From assembly GCA_965221695.1 (NCBI GenBank), contig OZ244905.1, forward strand, positions 2,784,001 to 2,848,000: a DNA stretch of 64,000 nt, given 5' to 3'. This stretch comes from Gammaproteobacteria bacterium. GTDB lineage: Bacteria; Pseudomonadota; Gammaproteobacteria; Eutrophobiales; Eutrophobiaceae. How positions within the stretch are numbered: position 1 is the stretch's first letter; every line of letters begins with the position of its first letter. Positions 47,519 to 56,468 of the stretch are shown one piece after another. Position numbers and translations under genes: made by a program. Under the pieces are notes generated by a model, which saw nothing but the letters and a program-made list of their open reading frames with translations, did not search any database and was not told the origin of the DNA.

Positions 47519-48346
47519 TCATCTCACCGGGCCGATCGCAGTTTTGCTGCCGTCCGGGTGCAGGCGCATAATCGTGTCATTTTCCACGATGATCGCGTCA
47601 TAGCCTAGCTTGCGTTTTCTTTCCAGTTCGTTGGTGACTGCCCGATGCAGGCAATCCATTATGAATATTGTATGCTCGTCCAGCTCTCCAGGAGATGCGA
47701 TGTTATAGGACATTTCCTGTTCTGAGATTTTGTCAATACCATCAGGCGGTTCTTCGAATATGGTTTGCTCAGAAATATTGGCTTCTCCCTTGATTGCTGT
47801 GAACAGCGCTTGATTTTTGATTATAACATTTTCTTCCAGTCGCCGAAATATCAGTTTTCTCTCCGGCGTCGAATTGTCATGACACCTGACTTCAGTGCAA
47901 ACCGGGCCATAATGAACCAGCAGGTTGCGCAAGCTCCTGGCATAACGCCTTTGGATGTCTTTTGCGGGAATGTTATGCCCGCCTTGCCGGACGCGTTCCC
48001 GGACGCGTTTTAACGATGTTTCAATGCCGGGTATCCACAAGTAGATGAGGCTGACCCGCCAACCGTCTTCCAGCATGCGCCGAATCCTGGGCAGGTGAGA
48101 CCCACCGGAAAGCGTTGTCTCAAATGCAAAATTCTCTCTTTTGACGATCGCGCGCTCGATTTCCGCAAGAAACAGTTTGCCTGCCTCAAGCTGCTTGGTT
48201 TCCGCTGCAAACGGCGCCAGGCCTGATGCGATCATATCGGCATTCAGGAAAATACGGCAATCAATACTTGGAAGGTAGTCCATGGCGAAAGTGGTTTTCC
48301 CTGCGCCATTCGGTCCGGCAATAATCGTGCAACTTGGTCTCTTCAT
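47519..48346 (-). CDS. Zeta-toxin-like P-loop ATPase (COG4185-like) with C-terminal extension
   Basis: IIAGPNGAGKTTF, FLNADMIA, FAFETTLSG, RVRQGGHNIP and DNS. Confidence 0.85.
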   Translation of the reverse strand: MKRPSCTIIAGPNGAGKTTFAMDYLPSIDCRIFLNADMIASGLAPFAAETKQLEAGKLFLAEIERAIVKRENFAFETTLSGGSHLPRIRRMLEDGWRVSLIYLWIPGIETSLKRVRERVRQGGHNIPAKDIQRRYARSLRNLLVHYGPVCTEVRCHDNSTPERKLIFRRLEENVIIKNQALFTAIKGEANISEQTIFEEPPDGIDKISEQEMSYNIASPGELDEHTIFIMDCLHRAVTNELERKRKLGYDAIIVENDTIMRLHPDGSKTAIGPVR

Positions 48347-48351
48347 GACAG

Positions 48352-48666
48352 CCCGAAAATCTCACCAATTGATGCGATGATCGCTGAGGATTTTTTGATG
48401 CGCTCCATCCGTGGGGCGCCCCCTTCGGGCATCCTTCGGATGTCCAAATCCGCTCCAGGCGGATTTGTGCGTCAGTACGCGGGCGCTCGTGACCGAAACC
48501 ATAGTGGTGCTTCTGGTTGAGGGAACATGTGCCCGCTAACGCAAAAAAGACCAGCGAGGGCGCATCAAGCGCAGTGTGTAATGGCAACATACTCGGCAGA
48601 TTATCATAACTCATTGACAGCAAACATCTATCCGATGCTGACAAGCGAATTGGTGAGATATTCGGG
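48352..48666. mobile_element. 315-bp MITE, copy 2
   Basis: CCCGAAAATCTCACCAATT ... AATTGGTGAGATATTCGGG; same length and orientation as 14564-14878. Confidence 0.88.
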
Positions 48667-48738
48667 CTAATCCCTGTTTTTTTGGCTATCATACGCCTTC
48701 CCGCATCGAAAAGCGACTCTTCTGGCAGGAAATCCGGA

Positions 48739-49755
48739 TTAGTTTCCTGATGAGTAACGTTTGAATAAAGGTGTGGTTTTTTCCTCAAAACCGGCGCCGG
48801 TGCGGCGTATGAAACAGGCGGCGAGGCCTTGCTGCAAGGCCAGTGCAAAACCCTCGTCCGGCCCCAGCGCCAGCAGGCCGGTTGCCCAGGCATCAGCCAG
48901 CATGGCCGATGGGTGCAGCACCGTCACCGACGCAAGTTCGTGACTGACCGGGCGGCCGCTGCGCGGGTCGATCGTATGCGAATAACGGTTTCGTTCATGC
49001 TCGAAAAAATTCCGGTAATCACCGGAAGTCGCCATAGCCATGTTGTCCAGTCGGATCGCCCGGCGCACGCCGCGTTGCCCGGCAATGGGTTGTTCGATAC
49101 CGATTCGCCACGGTACTTGTGCGCTGTTCACACCGCGAGCGCGGATTTCCCCACCGATTTCCACCAGATAGTTGCCCAGTTGCAGCCCGTCCAGGTACTC
49201 GGCAACCCGATCCACACCGTAGCCTTTGGCAATCGCGGAGAGGTCGATATAAATCCCGTCATGGGCTTTATTCAGGGTCAAAGCCGACGGGTCCAATTGC
49301 AGTTTTTCATAGCCGACCAGGGCTGATGCCAGGCGAACCTGTTCATCCGTCGGCACAGTGAAATCCTGGTCGGGACCGAAGCCCCACAGGTTGACCACGG
49401 GACCGATGGTGACGTCGAATGCGCCCTGCGTCAATCGGCTGATCCTGCTGGCCGCGTGTAACACGTGCATCAGTGACGGACTCACCGGGGTCCGGCTGCC
49501 GCTGCGCGCCGCGTTAATCATTGACAGTTCGGAATCCGGCAGGTAAGTGGACATCTCCCGGTTGACCCGGTCGAGAATGGCGCCGATTTGCGCTTGCAGT
49601 TGCCGCCTCGGCCGTGGCAGCGCGTCGGCATTCACCAGCACGGACCAGCTTGTGCCCATCGTGAGGCCGGTGAATTCATGGGGTTCAGGCGGTCGCTCGG
49701 ACCCGCATGACGCCGTCAGCAATAAACAGGCAATGATCGGCAGGAAGTAACGCAA
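48739..49755 (-). CDS. apbE: FAD:protein FMN transferase lipoprotein
   Basis: Lipobox LTASC, TMGT, DLSAIAKGYGVD, EIGGEI, ATSGDYR and ADAWAT. Confidence 0.95.
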   Translation of the reverse strand: MRYFLPIIACLLLTASCGSERPPEPHEFTGLTMGTSWSVLVNADALPRPRRQLQAQIGAILDRVNREMSTYLPDSELSMINAARSGSRTPVSPSLMHVLHAASRISRLTQGAFDVTIGPVVNLWGFGPDQDFTVPTDEQVRLASALVGYEKLQLDPSALTLNKAHDGIYIDLSAIAKGYGVDRVAEYLDGLQLGNYLVEIGGEIRARGVNSAQVPWRIGIEQPIAGQRGVRRAIRLDNMAMATSGDYRNFFEHERNRYSHTIDPRSGRPVSHELASVTVLHPSAMLADAWATGLLALGPDEGFALALQQGLAACFIRRTGAGFEEKTTPLFKRYSSGN

Positions 49756-49768
49756 CGGGGCGGTCCCG

Positions 49769-51544
49769 TTACATCGCGGCTGATTTCCGCTCGCTGTTAT
49801 CCGTTCGCCGGCCCGCCGGCATTGAGTGCCGGAAGTAGGGAATCACCAGTTCAATATCTCCCTGCATATGTTTGCGCTTCACGCGGTTCCAGTAGTCAGC
49901 CGTGAGCAGGTCGCCATGAACCTCCAGGAACAAGGTGCGCAAACCCGCGTCCATGGACAGGAACTTGATGAATTCTTCCGGGAATATATCGTTCTTGTTA
50001 ACGTGAAACCACACGTCTGAACGCATCAGGTTTTCGTCATCGTCGCTGTCGGGGATATCGCGGAAGTCGCACTCGGTAACCAGCGCTACTTCATCGTAAT
50101 CGTAGAAGACGACCCGCCGATGCCGGGTCACGCCGAAGTTCTTGAGCAGCAGGTCACCGGGGAAGATATTGGTATTGGCCAGGTCCTTGATGGTCTGTCC
50201 GTAGTCCAGTATGGCTTCGTTGGCGTCCGCGCTCGTGACTTCCTTCAGGTACAGGTTCAGTGGCCGCACACGACGCTCGATATAGACGTGATCGATAATT
50301 AACTTATCCTTGTCGATGCGCACGGTCTCCGCCGCTTCACTGAGCAGTTCTTCCAGCAAGGCATCATCGAAACGGTTTACCGGGAACTCCAGGTTGCGGA
50401 ATTCCTGGGTATCGATCAAGCGGCCCGCCCGATCATGCTGGGACACCAGCCGGTACTTGTTCTGCACTTCCTCCCTGGTAATGGTCTTGGGATAGCCGAA
50501 ATTGTCGCGGATAATCTTGAACACCAGGTCGTAGGAAGGCAGGGTGAATACCAGCATTACCAGACCCTTATCGCCCTCGGCATGCACAAACCGGTCATCC
50601 GTTTGTTGCAGGTGATGTGAGAAAATGCGGTGACGTTCGGTCTTGCCCTGGCGCAGCCTGCCCAACACCGTGTACAGTTCGTCGATCGGCTTGGCCGGCA
50701 GGATGGAGTTCAGGAAGTGTACTGCGCCGATAACGGAATGCGGGTTGGCAAAGTAATAGGATCGGGTATAACTGAATACGATACTGACTTCTTCCTCAGA
50801 CAACAGCACTGCGTCCACCTCGATGCCGCGGGCGGAATTTTTCAGGGCGATGATAATGGGGTTAACATGGTCCTGTTGGATGGTGCGGCCGATAAGATAG
50901 GCCCGGGCGGATTGAAAAAACGCCGAATTGATGAATTCAAATCTCAGAAAGTCACCGTGATGCTTCAGGTTCGCCTGAAAATAGCGTTGGATCTGCTGGC
51001 TGATGCTTGCGGAATCCGCGTTGATGTCCCTGTAGGGGACTTTGAATGCGAAGTCATCAAGAATGGTTTTGAATGTCTTGTCAAGTGAACCCCAGTAGGG
51101 GTAGCGGTTCAGGGTCAGGGTCTCCAGCGGATTGAAGCCCTCGTCCGGCGCCGAGGATACGAATTCGAGATCCGGGTCTATGCCCACCGTATCGAATATG
51201 CGCCGGATGATGGAATTGAAGAATGTCTTCATGAACCCGGCATCCGGCACGTTATACAGGCGCTCACCAAAATACCTGCGGGCGCTGTTCCAGAGCCGGC
51301 GGTCTGTTACCCTCGGTCCCAGGTTCTTGCGCAGCGAGATGACGATGCGGCGAACGGATTTTTCATAGAGTTCGACCCGTTCGGATATATCCTGCTGGTG
51401 CCCGCCCCAGTCCTGCTGTTCGAAGCGGCGTCGGGCGCGTTCCGTGATGCGCGTGAAGTTCTCGTTATATTTCAGGAATCCTTCGTAAATAAATTCCGAG
51501 ATGCGGGCGATGGTCTGTTTGCGTTGCTCGGACAAGGGAGGCAT
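49769..51544 (-). CDS. aceK: Isocitrate dehydrogenase kinase/phosphatase
   Basis: GLVMLVFTLP, VFKIIRD, HDRAGR and NIFPGDLLLKNFGVTRHRRVVFYDYDE. Confidence 0.95.
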   Translation of the reverse strand: MPPLSEQRKQTIARISEFIYEGFLKYNENFTRITERARRRFEQQDWGGHQQDISERVELYEKSVRRIVISLRKNLGPRVTDRRLWNSARRYFGERLYNVPDAGFMKTFFNSIIRRIFDTVGIDPDLEFVSSAPDEGFNPLETLTLNRYPYWGSLDKTFKTILDDFAFKVPYRDINADSASISQQIQRYFQANLKHHGDFLRFEFINSAFFQSARAYLIGRTIQQDHVNPIIIALKNSARGIEVDAVLLSEEEVSIVFSYTRSYYFANPHSVIGAVHFLNSILPAKPIDELYTVLGRLRQGKTERHRIFSHHLQQTDDRFVHAEGDKGLVMLVFTLPSYDLVFKIIRDNFGYPKTITREEVQNKYRLVSQHDRAGRLIDTQEFRNLEFPVNRFDDALLEELLSEAAETVRIDKDKLIIDHVYIERRVRPLNLYLKEVTSADANEAILDYGQTIKDLANTNIFPGDLLLKNFGVTRHRRVVFYDYDEVALVTECDFRDIPDSDDDENLMRSDVWFHVNKNDIFPEEFIKFLSMDAGLRTLFLEVHGDLLTADYWNRVKRKHMQGDIELVIPYFRHSMPAGRRTDNSERKSAAM

Positions 51545-51550
51545 GCCTCG

Positions 51551-52849
51551 TTACATGTTGGCAATCATTGCCTGGCCGAATTCGCTGCAGCTTACCTTGT
51601 TCGCGCCCTCCATCAACCGGGCAAAGTCATAGGTCACGGTTTTGGAGGATATGGTATTGTCCATACCGGAAATCACCAGGTCCGCCGCTTCCGTCCAGCC
51701 CATGTAGCGCAGCATCATCTCGCCGGAGAGAACCAGGGACCCCGGGTTGACCTTGTCTTGGTTCGCATACTTGGGCGCGGTGCCGTGCGTTGCTTCGAAT
51801 ACCGCGTGGCCGGTGTCGTAGTTGATGTTGCCGCCCGGCGCGATGCCGATGCCGCCGACCTGTGCCGCCAGCGCGTCGGACAGGTAGTCGCCGTTGAGGT
51901 TCATGGTCGCGATCACGTCAAATTCTCTGGGTCGGGTCAGCACCTGTTGCAGGGTGATGTCGGCAATCGCGTCCTTGATGAGTATTTTGCCGCCTGCCAG
52001 CGCCTCCTCCTGCTCCTTGTTGGCCGCCTCCGAGCCTTTTTCCGCGCGGGTGCGTTCCCATTGGTCCCAGGTATAGGTCTGCTGCGGAAAGGTGTTTTCA
52101 GCCAGTTCATACCCCCAGTTGCGAAACGCCCCCTCGGTGTATTTCATGATGTTGCCCTTGTGGACGAACGTCACGCTTTTGCGCTTGTTGTCCATCGCAT
52201 AGCGGATAGCGGCCTGGACCAGACGCCCTGTGCCCTCCCGGGAGATCGGCTTGATGCCGATGCCGGTGGTATCCGGGAAACGGATTTTCCGGTAATAGTT
52301 CGGAAACGCCTCTTGCAGGAGCTCAAGAAACTTTCGGTTGTCTTCGCTGCCTTGCTCGAATTCTATGCCGGCATAGATGTCTTCGGTATTTTCACGGAAG
52401 ATCACCATGTCCACATCCTGCGGGTTCCTGGTCGGCGATGGCACGCCCTTGAACCAGCGCACCGGGCGCAGGCACACATACAGGTCCAGGATCTGGCGCA
52501 GGGCGACATTAAGCGAGCGAATACCGCCCCCGATAGGGGTGGTCAGCGGCCCTTTGATGGCGACCAGGTACTCCCGGCAGCGGTCAAGGGTATCCTCAGG
52601 CAGCCAGGAACCGGTGAGTTCGTTGGCCTTCTCCCCGGCGAGTACCTCCAGCCAACAGATCTCGCGCTTGCCGCCGTAGGCTTTGGCCACCGCGGCGTCA
52701 AGCACCTGTTTGGATGCGCGCCAGACATCCGGACCTATACCGTCGCCTTCAATAAACGGAATCACCGGGTTGTCGGGGACCTGTAATCGGCCGTTCTCAA
52801 TGGTTATTTTTTGCCCTTCGGGGGGTAGCGAACTCGCTGCGGTAGCCAC
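51551..52849 (-). CDS. icd: NADP-dependent isocitrate dehydrogenase
   Basis: [40 protein letters not shown] and [10 protein letters not shown]. Confidence 0.96.
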   Translation of the reverse strand: MATAASSLPPEGQKITIENGRLQVPDNPVIPFIEGDGIGPDVWRASKQVLDAAVAKAYGGKREICWLEVLAGEKANELTGSWLPEDTLDRCREYLVAIKGPLTTPIGGGIRSLNVALRQILDLYVCLRPVRWFKGVPSPTRNPQDVDMVIFRENTEDIYAGIEFEQGSEDNRKFLELLQEAFPNYYRKIRFPDTTGIGIKPISREGTGRLVQAAIRYAMDNKRKSVTFVHKGNIMKYTEGAFRNWGYELAENTFPQQTYTWDQWERTRAEKGSEAANKEQEEALAGGKILIKDAIADITLQQVLTRPREFDVIATMNLNGDYLSDALAAQVGGIGIAPGGNINYDTGHAVFEATHGTAPKYANQDKVNPGSLVLSGEMMLRYMGWTEAADLVISGMDNTISSKTVTYDFARLMEGANKVSCSEFGQAMIANM

Positions 52850-52973
52850 TTCTTTAAATCTCCTTAGTCTGTAAATTTTTGCTATAGCTTATCATATCTT
52901 TGTGCAATGCTGCTTACGCCAGCGGCGGCGGGTTTGACGTGAATGGCACAGCGCTCGGGTTGGTTAGTACAAT

Positions 52974-53624
52974 TTACCCGAATTCCCGAGGCTGAAAATC
53001 CGCCTGGTTGATGATACTGGCGCTGCTCCCCGTTGCCCGGATAACAAACAATCCCTGCCGCTCCGCATGGACATCGGCGGATTGCTCCACCCGCAGGTAT
53101 GCGAGTGCGCCATAGATCTGTTTGCCCCGAAAAACCGGTTCGTGTTCCGTAAATTTCGCCAGCTTATCCAGAAAGTGGGTTACATCCCGGGCATACATCG
53201 TAGTCTTTACTTCCACTACGACCACCACCCCGCTGTTGATAGCGAGGATGTCATACTCGTAATGTTCTCCATTGCGCCGGCCTTTTATGTTGTTGTACGT
53301 CGACCTTACGTCTATCTGCCGCGCTTTTAACAAGGCCACCAGGTCGCCCTCCACCAGGCTCTCCATCAGCTTGCCCCATTGCCCGGTGAACATGCCTTCC
53401 AGCTTTTTCATCCGTTTATCTATACGGCGGTCAGTTTCCTTCATTTGCCGGTCAGTTTCTTTGATTGATTGTCGGGTTTCTTTGATTGATTCCCTGGTTT
53501 GTTTGAATAACTGCTCGGTTTTCCGCATCTCCCGGGAAACTTCCCTCTGCTCTTCAGATACCGTTCGCAGGATTTTCCAGATCTCTTCGGATGTGGCAGG
53601 TTGTTGATTCGGGTTGGATTCCAT
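52974..53624 (-). CDS. Coiled-coil repeat + PD-(D/E)XK nuclease-like protein (DUF3782-like)
   Basis: KET heptad repeats, QWGKLMESL and EYDILA...VEVK; AGGAG RBS before ATG 53624. Confidence 0.75.
   Translation of the reverse strand: MESNPNQQPATSEEIWKILRTVSEEQREVSREMRKTEQLFKQTRESIKETRQSIKETDRQMKETDRRIDKRMKKLEGMFTGQWGKLMESLVEGDLVALLKARQIDVRSTYNNIKGRRNGEHYEYDILAINSGVVVVVEVKTTMYARDVTHFLDKLAKFTEHEPVFRGKQIYGALAYLRVEQSADVHAERQGLFVIRATGSSASIINQADFQPREFG
53429..53533 (-). repeat. 21-bp imperfect tandem repeat encoding heptads
   Basis: About 5 units, e.g. GGTCAGTTTCCTTCATTTGCC / GGTCAGTTTCTTTGATTGATT / GTCGGGTTTCTTTGATTGATT. Confidence 0.75.
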
Positions 53625-53689
53625 GTGTACCTTCTCCTGTTCAGAAATGACAAGATCGAGAATAACAGGAAGTCCGGAAGCCGTCAAAG

Positions 53690-54379
53690 TTATTTGTTGC
53701 TAACACACCGATCGATGAATTCCCGCCCGGTCATCACGTCGCCGAATTGCTGGATAATGGTTTCCAGCGTGGCCTGGTGCTCGCGATCGGACAGGGTCGA
53801 GCAGCAGTCCTCTACCAGTACCACATTGAAGTCCATGTCAAAAGCGTTGCGCGCGGCAGACTCACAGCAGATGTTGGTTTTCGTACCGGCAATCAGCAGG
53901 GTGTCGATGGCGCGGCTACGCAAAACCCGTTCCAATTGCGATGCGCCGGGAGTGAGGCAGCCATAGCGATTCTTCACCAGGTGGATATCGCGCGCGTCGG
54001 GTTCGAGTTCGCGCCACAGTTTGCCGCCTTCCTGTCCCGGCGCCATGTACTGCATGGTGCGCTCGCGCACCTCGCCGGAAACCATGTTGTTGAAGAAATT
54101 TTCCCATTCCGACTTGCCGCCGTTGCAGTGAAATTCGCTGACTATCCAGATCACATCGCCGCCCCGCTCGCGCAGTTCCCGCGCCAGCCGATTGATATTT
54201 CCGACCGTACCGCGACTGGCAGCCACCTCGGCCGGCGCCCCCGGCTTGCAGAACGCGTTCTGCATGTCGATGACCAGCAGCGCGCACCGGGTCGGATCGA
54301 AGCTGTCGTAGAGATGAAACTGCCCGCGCCGTTTCATCACCCGTTCAACAATCTCTTGGCTTATTCCAATGTTATGCAT
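53690..54379 (-). CDS. Isochorismatase-family cysteine hydrolase (RutB-like)
   Basis: LLVIDMQNAF, VKNRY and GTKTNICCES (Asp-Lys-Cys triad). Confidence 0.9.
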   Translation of the reverse strand: MHNIGISQEIVERVMKRRGQFHLYDSFDPTRCALLVIDMQNAFCKPGAPAEVAASRGTVGNINRLARELRERGGDVIWIVSEFHCNGGKSEWENFFNNMVSGEVRERTMQYMAPGQEGGKLWRELEPDARDIHLVKNRYGCLTPGASQLERVLRSRAIDTLLIAGTKTNICCESAARNAFDMDFNVVLVEDCCSTLSDREHQATLETIIQQFGDVMTGREFIDRCVSNK

Positions 54380-54407
54380 TTCACATTACCTTTTCGGTAG
54401 ATATTGA

Positions 54408-56468
54408 TTAATCCTCGTGGATAAATAACCTGTCGCGCAGGTACGGATCGCCCGGTATGGCGGTTTCCGTATCCAGCAGCGCCCCACAGATGGGACAGCA
54501 GAACGAGCGCAGCATGACCTCGCCGCCGCTGGCGTAAGGCCCGCCCAAGGACTGCATGGGCGTTTCCTGGCGCGCGGCGTCTTGCTTCCAATCGCTACTG
54601 CCATTACCAGGCGCCCCGCCGCAGCGCCGGCACGCGGGCTGGGGGTTTGCGCCAGTGGCTGCCGGCGCGCCGTTTTTCCGGCGCAGCAGCAATCTGTCCC
54701 GCCTCTCTTGTGTCAATGTCTCATCGGGTTCTCCCGTGTCGGGGTCTATAACGACACCGTACACGGTTTGCGCAAATTCTTGTGAAGTCAGCCCTTCTCG
54801 CACATCCCTGGCCACTTCTGCCGGAGGGCGCCACAACGGGTCGCCATAACCGCCGCCGCCGTTCCACCGCACATACAAGGCGTCTTCACCCATTAACGGG
54901 AATACACCCCAGTCCACGCTTTGTTGCGCGCCATTCCCGGTTTTTACCTTGTCATCGTCTGTCGCCGCCTTATCGTTGCTAATCCGAATATAGGCGTTTG
55001 GCGAACCGGGAAAGCCGCCGGCCAATCCCTCGCTCATGGGGAACTTCGAACCTTTGCCTGAGACCACGTAGTGAATGCCTCCGTCTGGCGCGTCATGGGG
55101 CACGAAGGACAATTCCATGCCCACGCCGCCGCGGTAGCGTCCCGGACCGCCGGAATCTCTCAGCCGCCGGCGGTACAGGTAGCGGATCGGAAACGTATAT
55201 TCAACCGTCTCCACATTGGCCATGCGCGAGATCGGGTTCGGGATTTCGCCGCCCACCTCGATGCCGTCTGCCCAGGCTCGGGCGCCTCCGGCGCCGGCGA
55301 AGGTTTCGGTCAGAATGCCTATCGCTTGTTTGTTGTGCTGATTCTGTCCGAACAGGAACACTGCGAAATGATTGGCGTGCCACACAGCCGAGGCTTCCGC
55401 GGCATATTTTTCGCTGGCGTTGAGCAGTTTGCCGAGAGTAGTGCAGGCTGCGTTGTTGACGGACTGTATGGCGCCCACGGTGGCGACGGAAACCGGCGCC
55501 GGACGCGTACAATTCACGATGGAGCCTTCTGGCGCGATCATGGTAATGGGACTGATCACGCCCTCATTCCAGGTGATGTCATAGCACAGCAACGGGAACA
55601 GGGGCGCAAACAGGCCGCCCAGGGAGGCCCACCTGGTACAATTGATGGCGTGGCGGCTTTGCGCGCTGGACCCGGTGAAATCGAAACACAGCGTATCATC
55701 CTGCTTGGTCATGGTCAGTTCGACCCGGTAGGTCTCATCCTGCACACTCAGGTACTGGCGCGCTTGCCATTGCCCGTCGGGCAGTTCGCGCAGGCGCGCG
55801 CGTAGTTTTTCTTCAGACTTGGCGATCAGCGTTTTACAGGTTTCATCGACGGTCGCAAACCCGTATTTTTGAATCAGCGCGAGCATCCGCTCTCGGGCGA
55901 CATTGTTGCAGGCGATCATGGAGTTCAGGTCCAGCGCCACCATGTCCGGGGAGCGCACCATGTTGAGGAAGGTATCCATGATAGCCCGATTTATCTCACC
56001 TTTTTCCACCAGCCTCAGCCCTGGCGAGCTGAAACCTTCCGTGTAGATGTTTTCCGCATCCGGGCAGAAGCCGCCGGGATTGGTGGCGCCGATGTCATAC
56101 ACATGCACAAAACAAGCGCTCCAGGCCACCAGTTCCCCCTGGTAATGGATAGGCGCCACAAGGTAGACATCCGAGGTATGCAGAGCTGCCGTATAGGGAT
56201 CGTTGAGCAGAAACACGTCTCCGGCGTGGATGTCGCCCCGGAAGCGCCGAATGATTGATTTGCAGGCTTCCGCGGCGCTGGTCAGGTGGTGCAGAAAACC
56301 GACGCCGCCCATGAGCAGAGAGCCGTCCGCGCGATACAGGGACACCATCAGGTCGTGTCCCTCATTGGTGATGGCGCTGCCGGACACGTTTTTCAGGGTA
56401 ATCACGGCCTCATCCACGACCCGGAACAAGCGGTGGCGAATAATCGAAAAAGTGATCGGATCAATCAT
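54408..56468 (-). CDS. Hydantoinase B/oxoprolinase with fused C-terminal Cys-motif domain
   Basis: GDVFLLNDPY, HTSD, HVYDIG, DSGGPGRYRGG and GGGGYGDP; tail has CRRCG and CCPICGALLDTE. Confidence 0.9.
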   Translation of the reverse strand: MIDPITFSIIRHRLFRVVDEAVITLKNVSGSAITNEGHDLMVSLYRADGSLLMGGVGFLHHLTSAAEACKSIIRRFRGDIHAGDVFLLNDPYTAALHTSDVYLVAPIHYQGELVAWSACFVHVYDIGATNPGGFCPDAENIYTEGFSSPGLRLVEKGEINRAIMDTFLNMVRSPDMVALDLNSMIACNNVARERMLALIQKYGFATVDETCKTLIAKSEEKLRARLRELPDGQWQARQYLSVQDETYRVELTMTKQDDTLCFDFTGSSAQSRHAINCTRWASLGGLFAPLFPLLCYDITWNEGVISPITMIAPEGSIVNCTRPAPVSVATVGAIQSVNNAACTTLGKLLNASEKYAAEASAVWHANHFAVFLFGQNQHNKQAIGILTETFAGAGGARAWADGIEVGGEIPNPISRMANVETVEYTFPIRYLYRRRLRDSGGPGRYRGGVGMELSFVPHDAPDGGIHYVVSGKGSKFPMSEGLAGGFPGSPNAYIRISNDKAATDDDKVKTGNGAQQSVDWGVFPLMGEDALYVRWNGGGGYGDPLWRPPAEVARDVREGLTSQEFAQTVYGVVIDPDTGEPDETLTQERRDRLLLRRKNGAPAATGANPQPACRRCGGAPGNGSSDWKQDAARQETPMQSLGGPYASGGEVMLRSFCCPICGALLDTETAIPGDPYLRDRLFIHED

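Noticed and set aside
51398-52786. 462-aa plus-strand ORF
   Set aside because: Antisense shadow of icd
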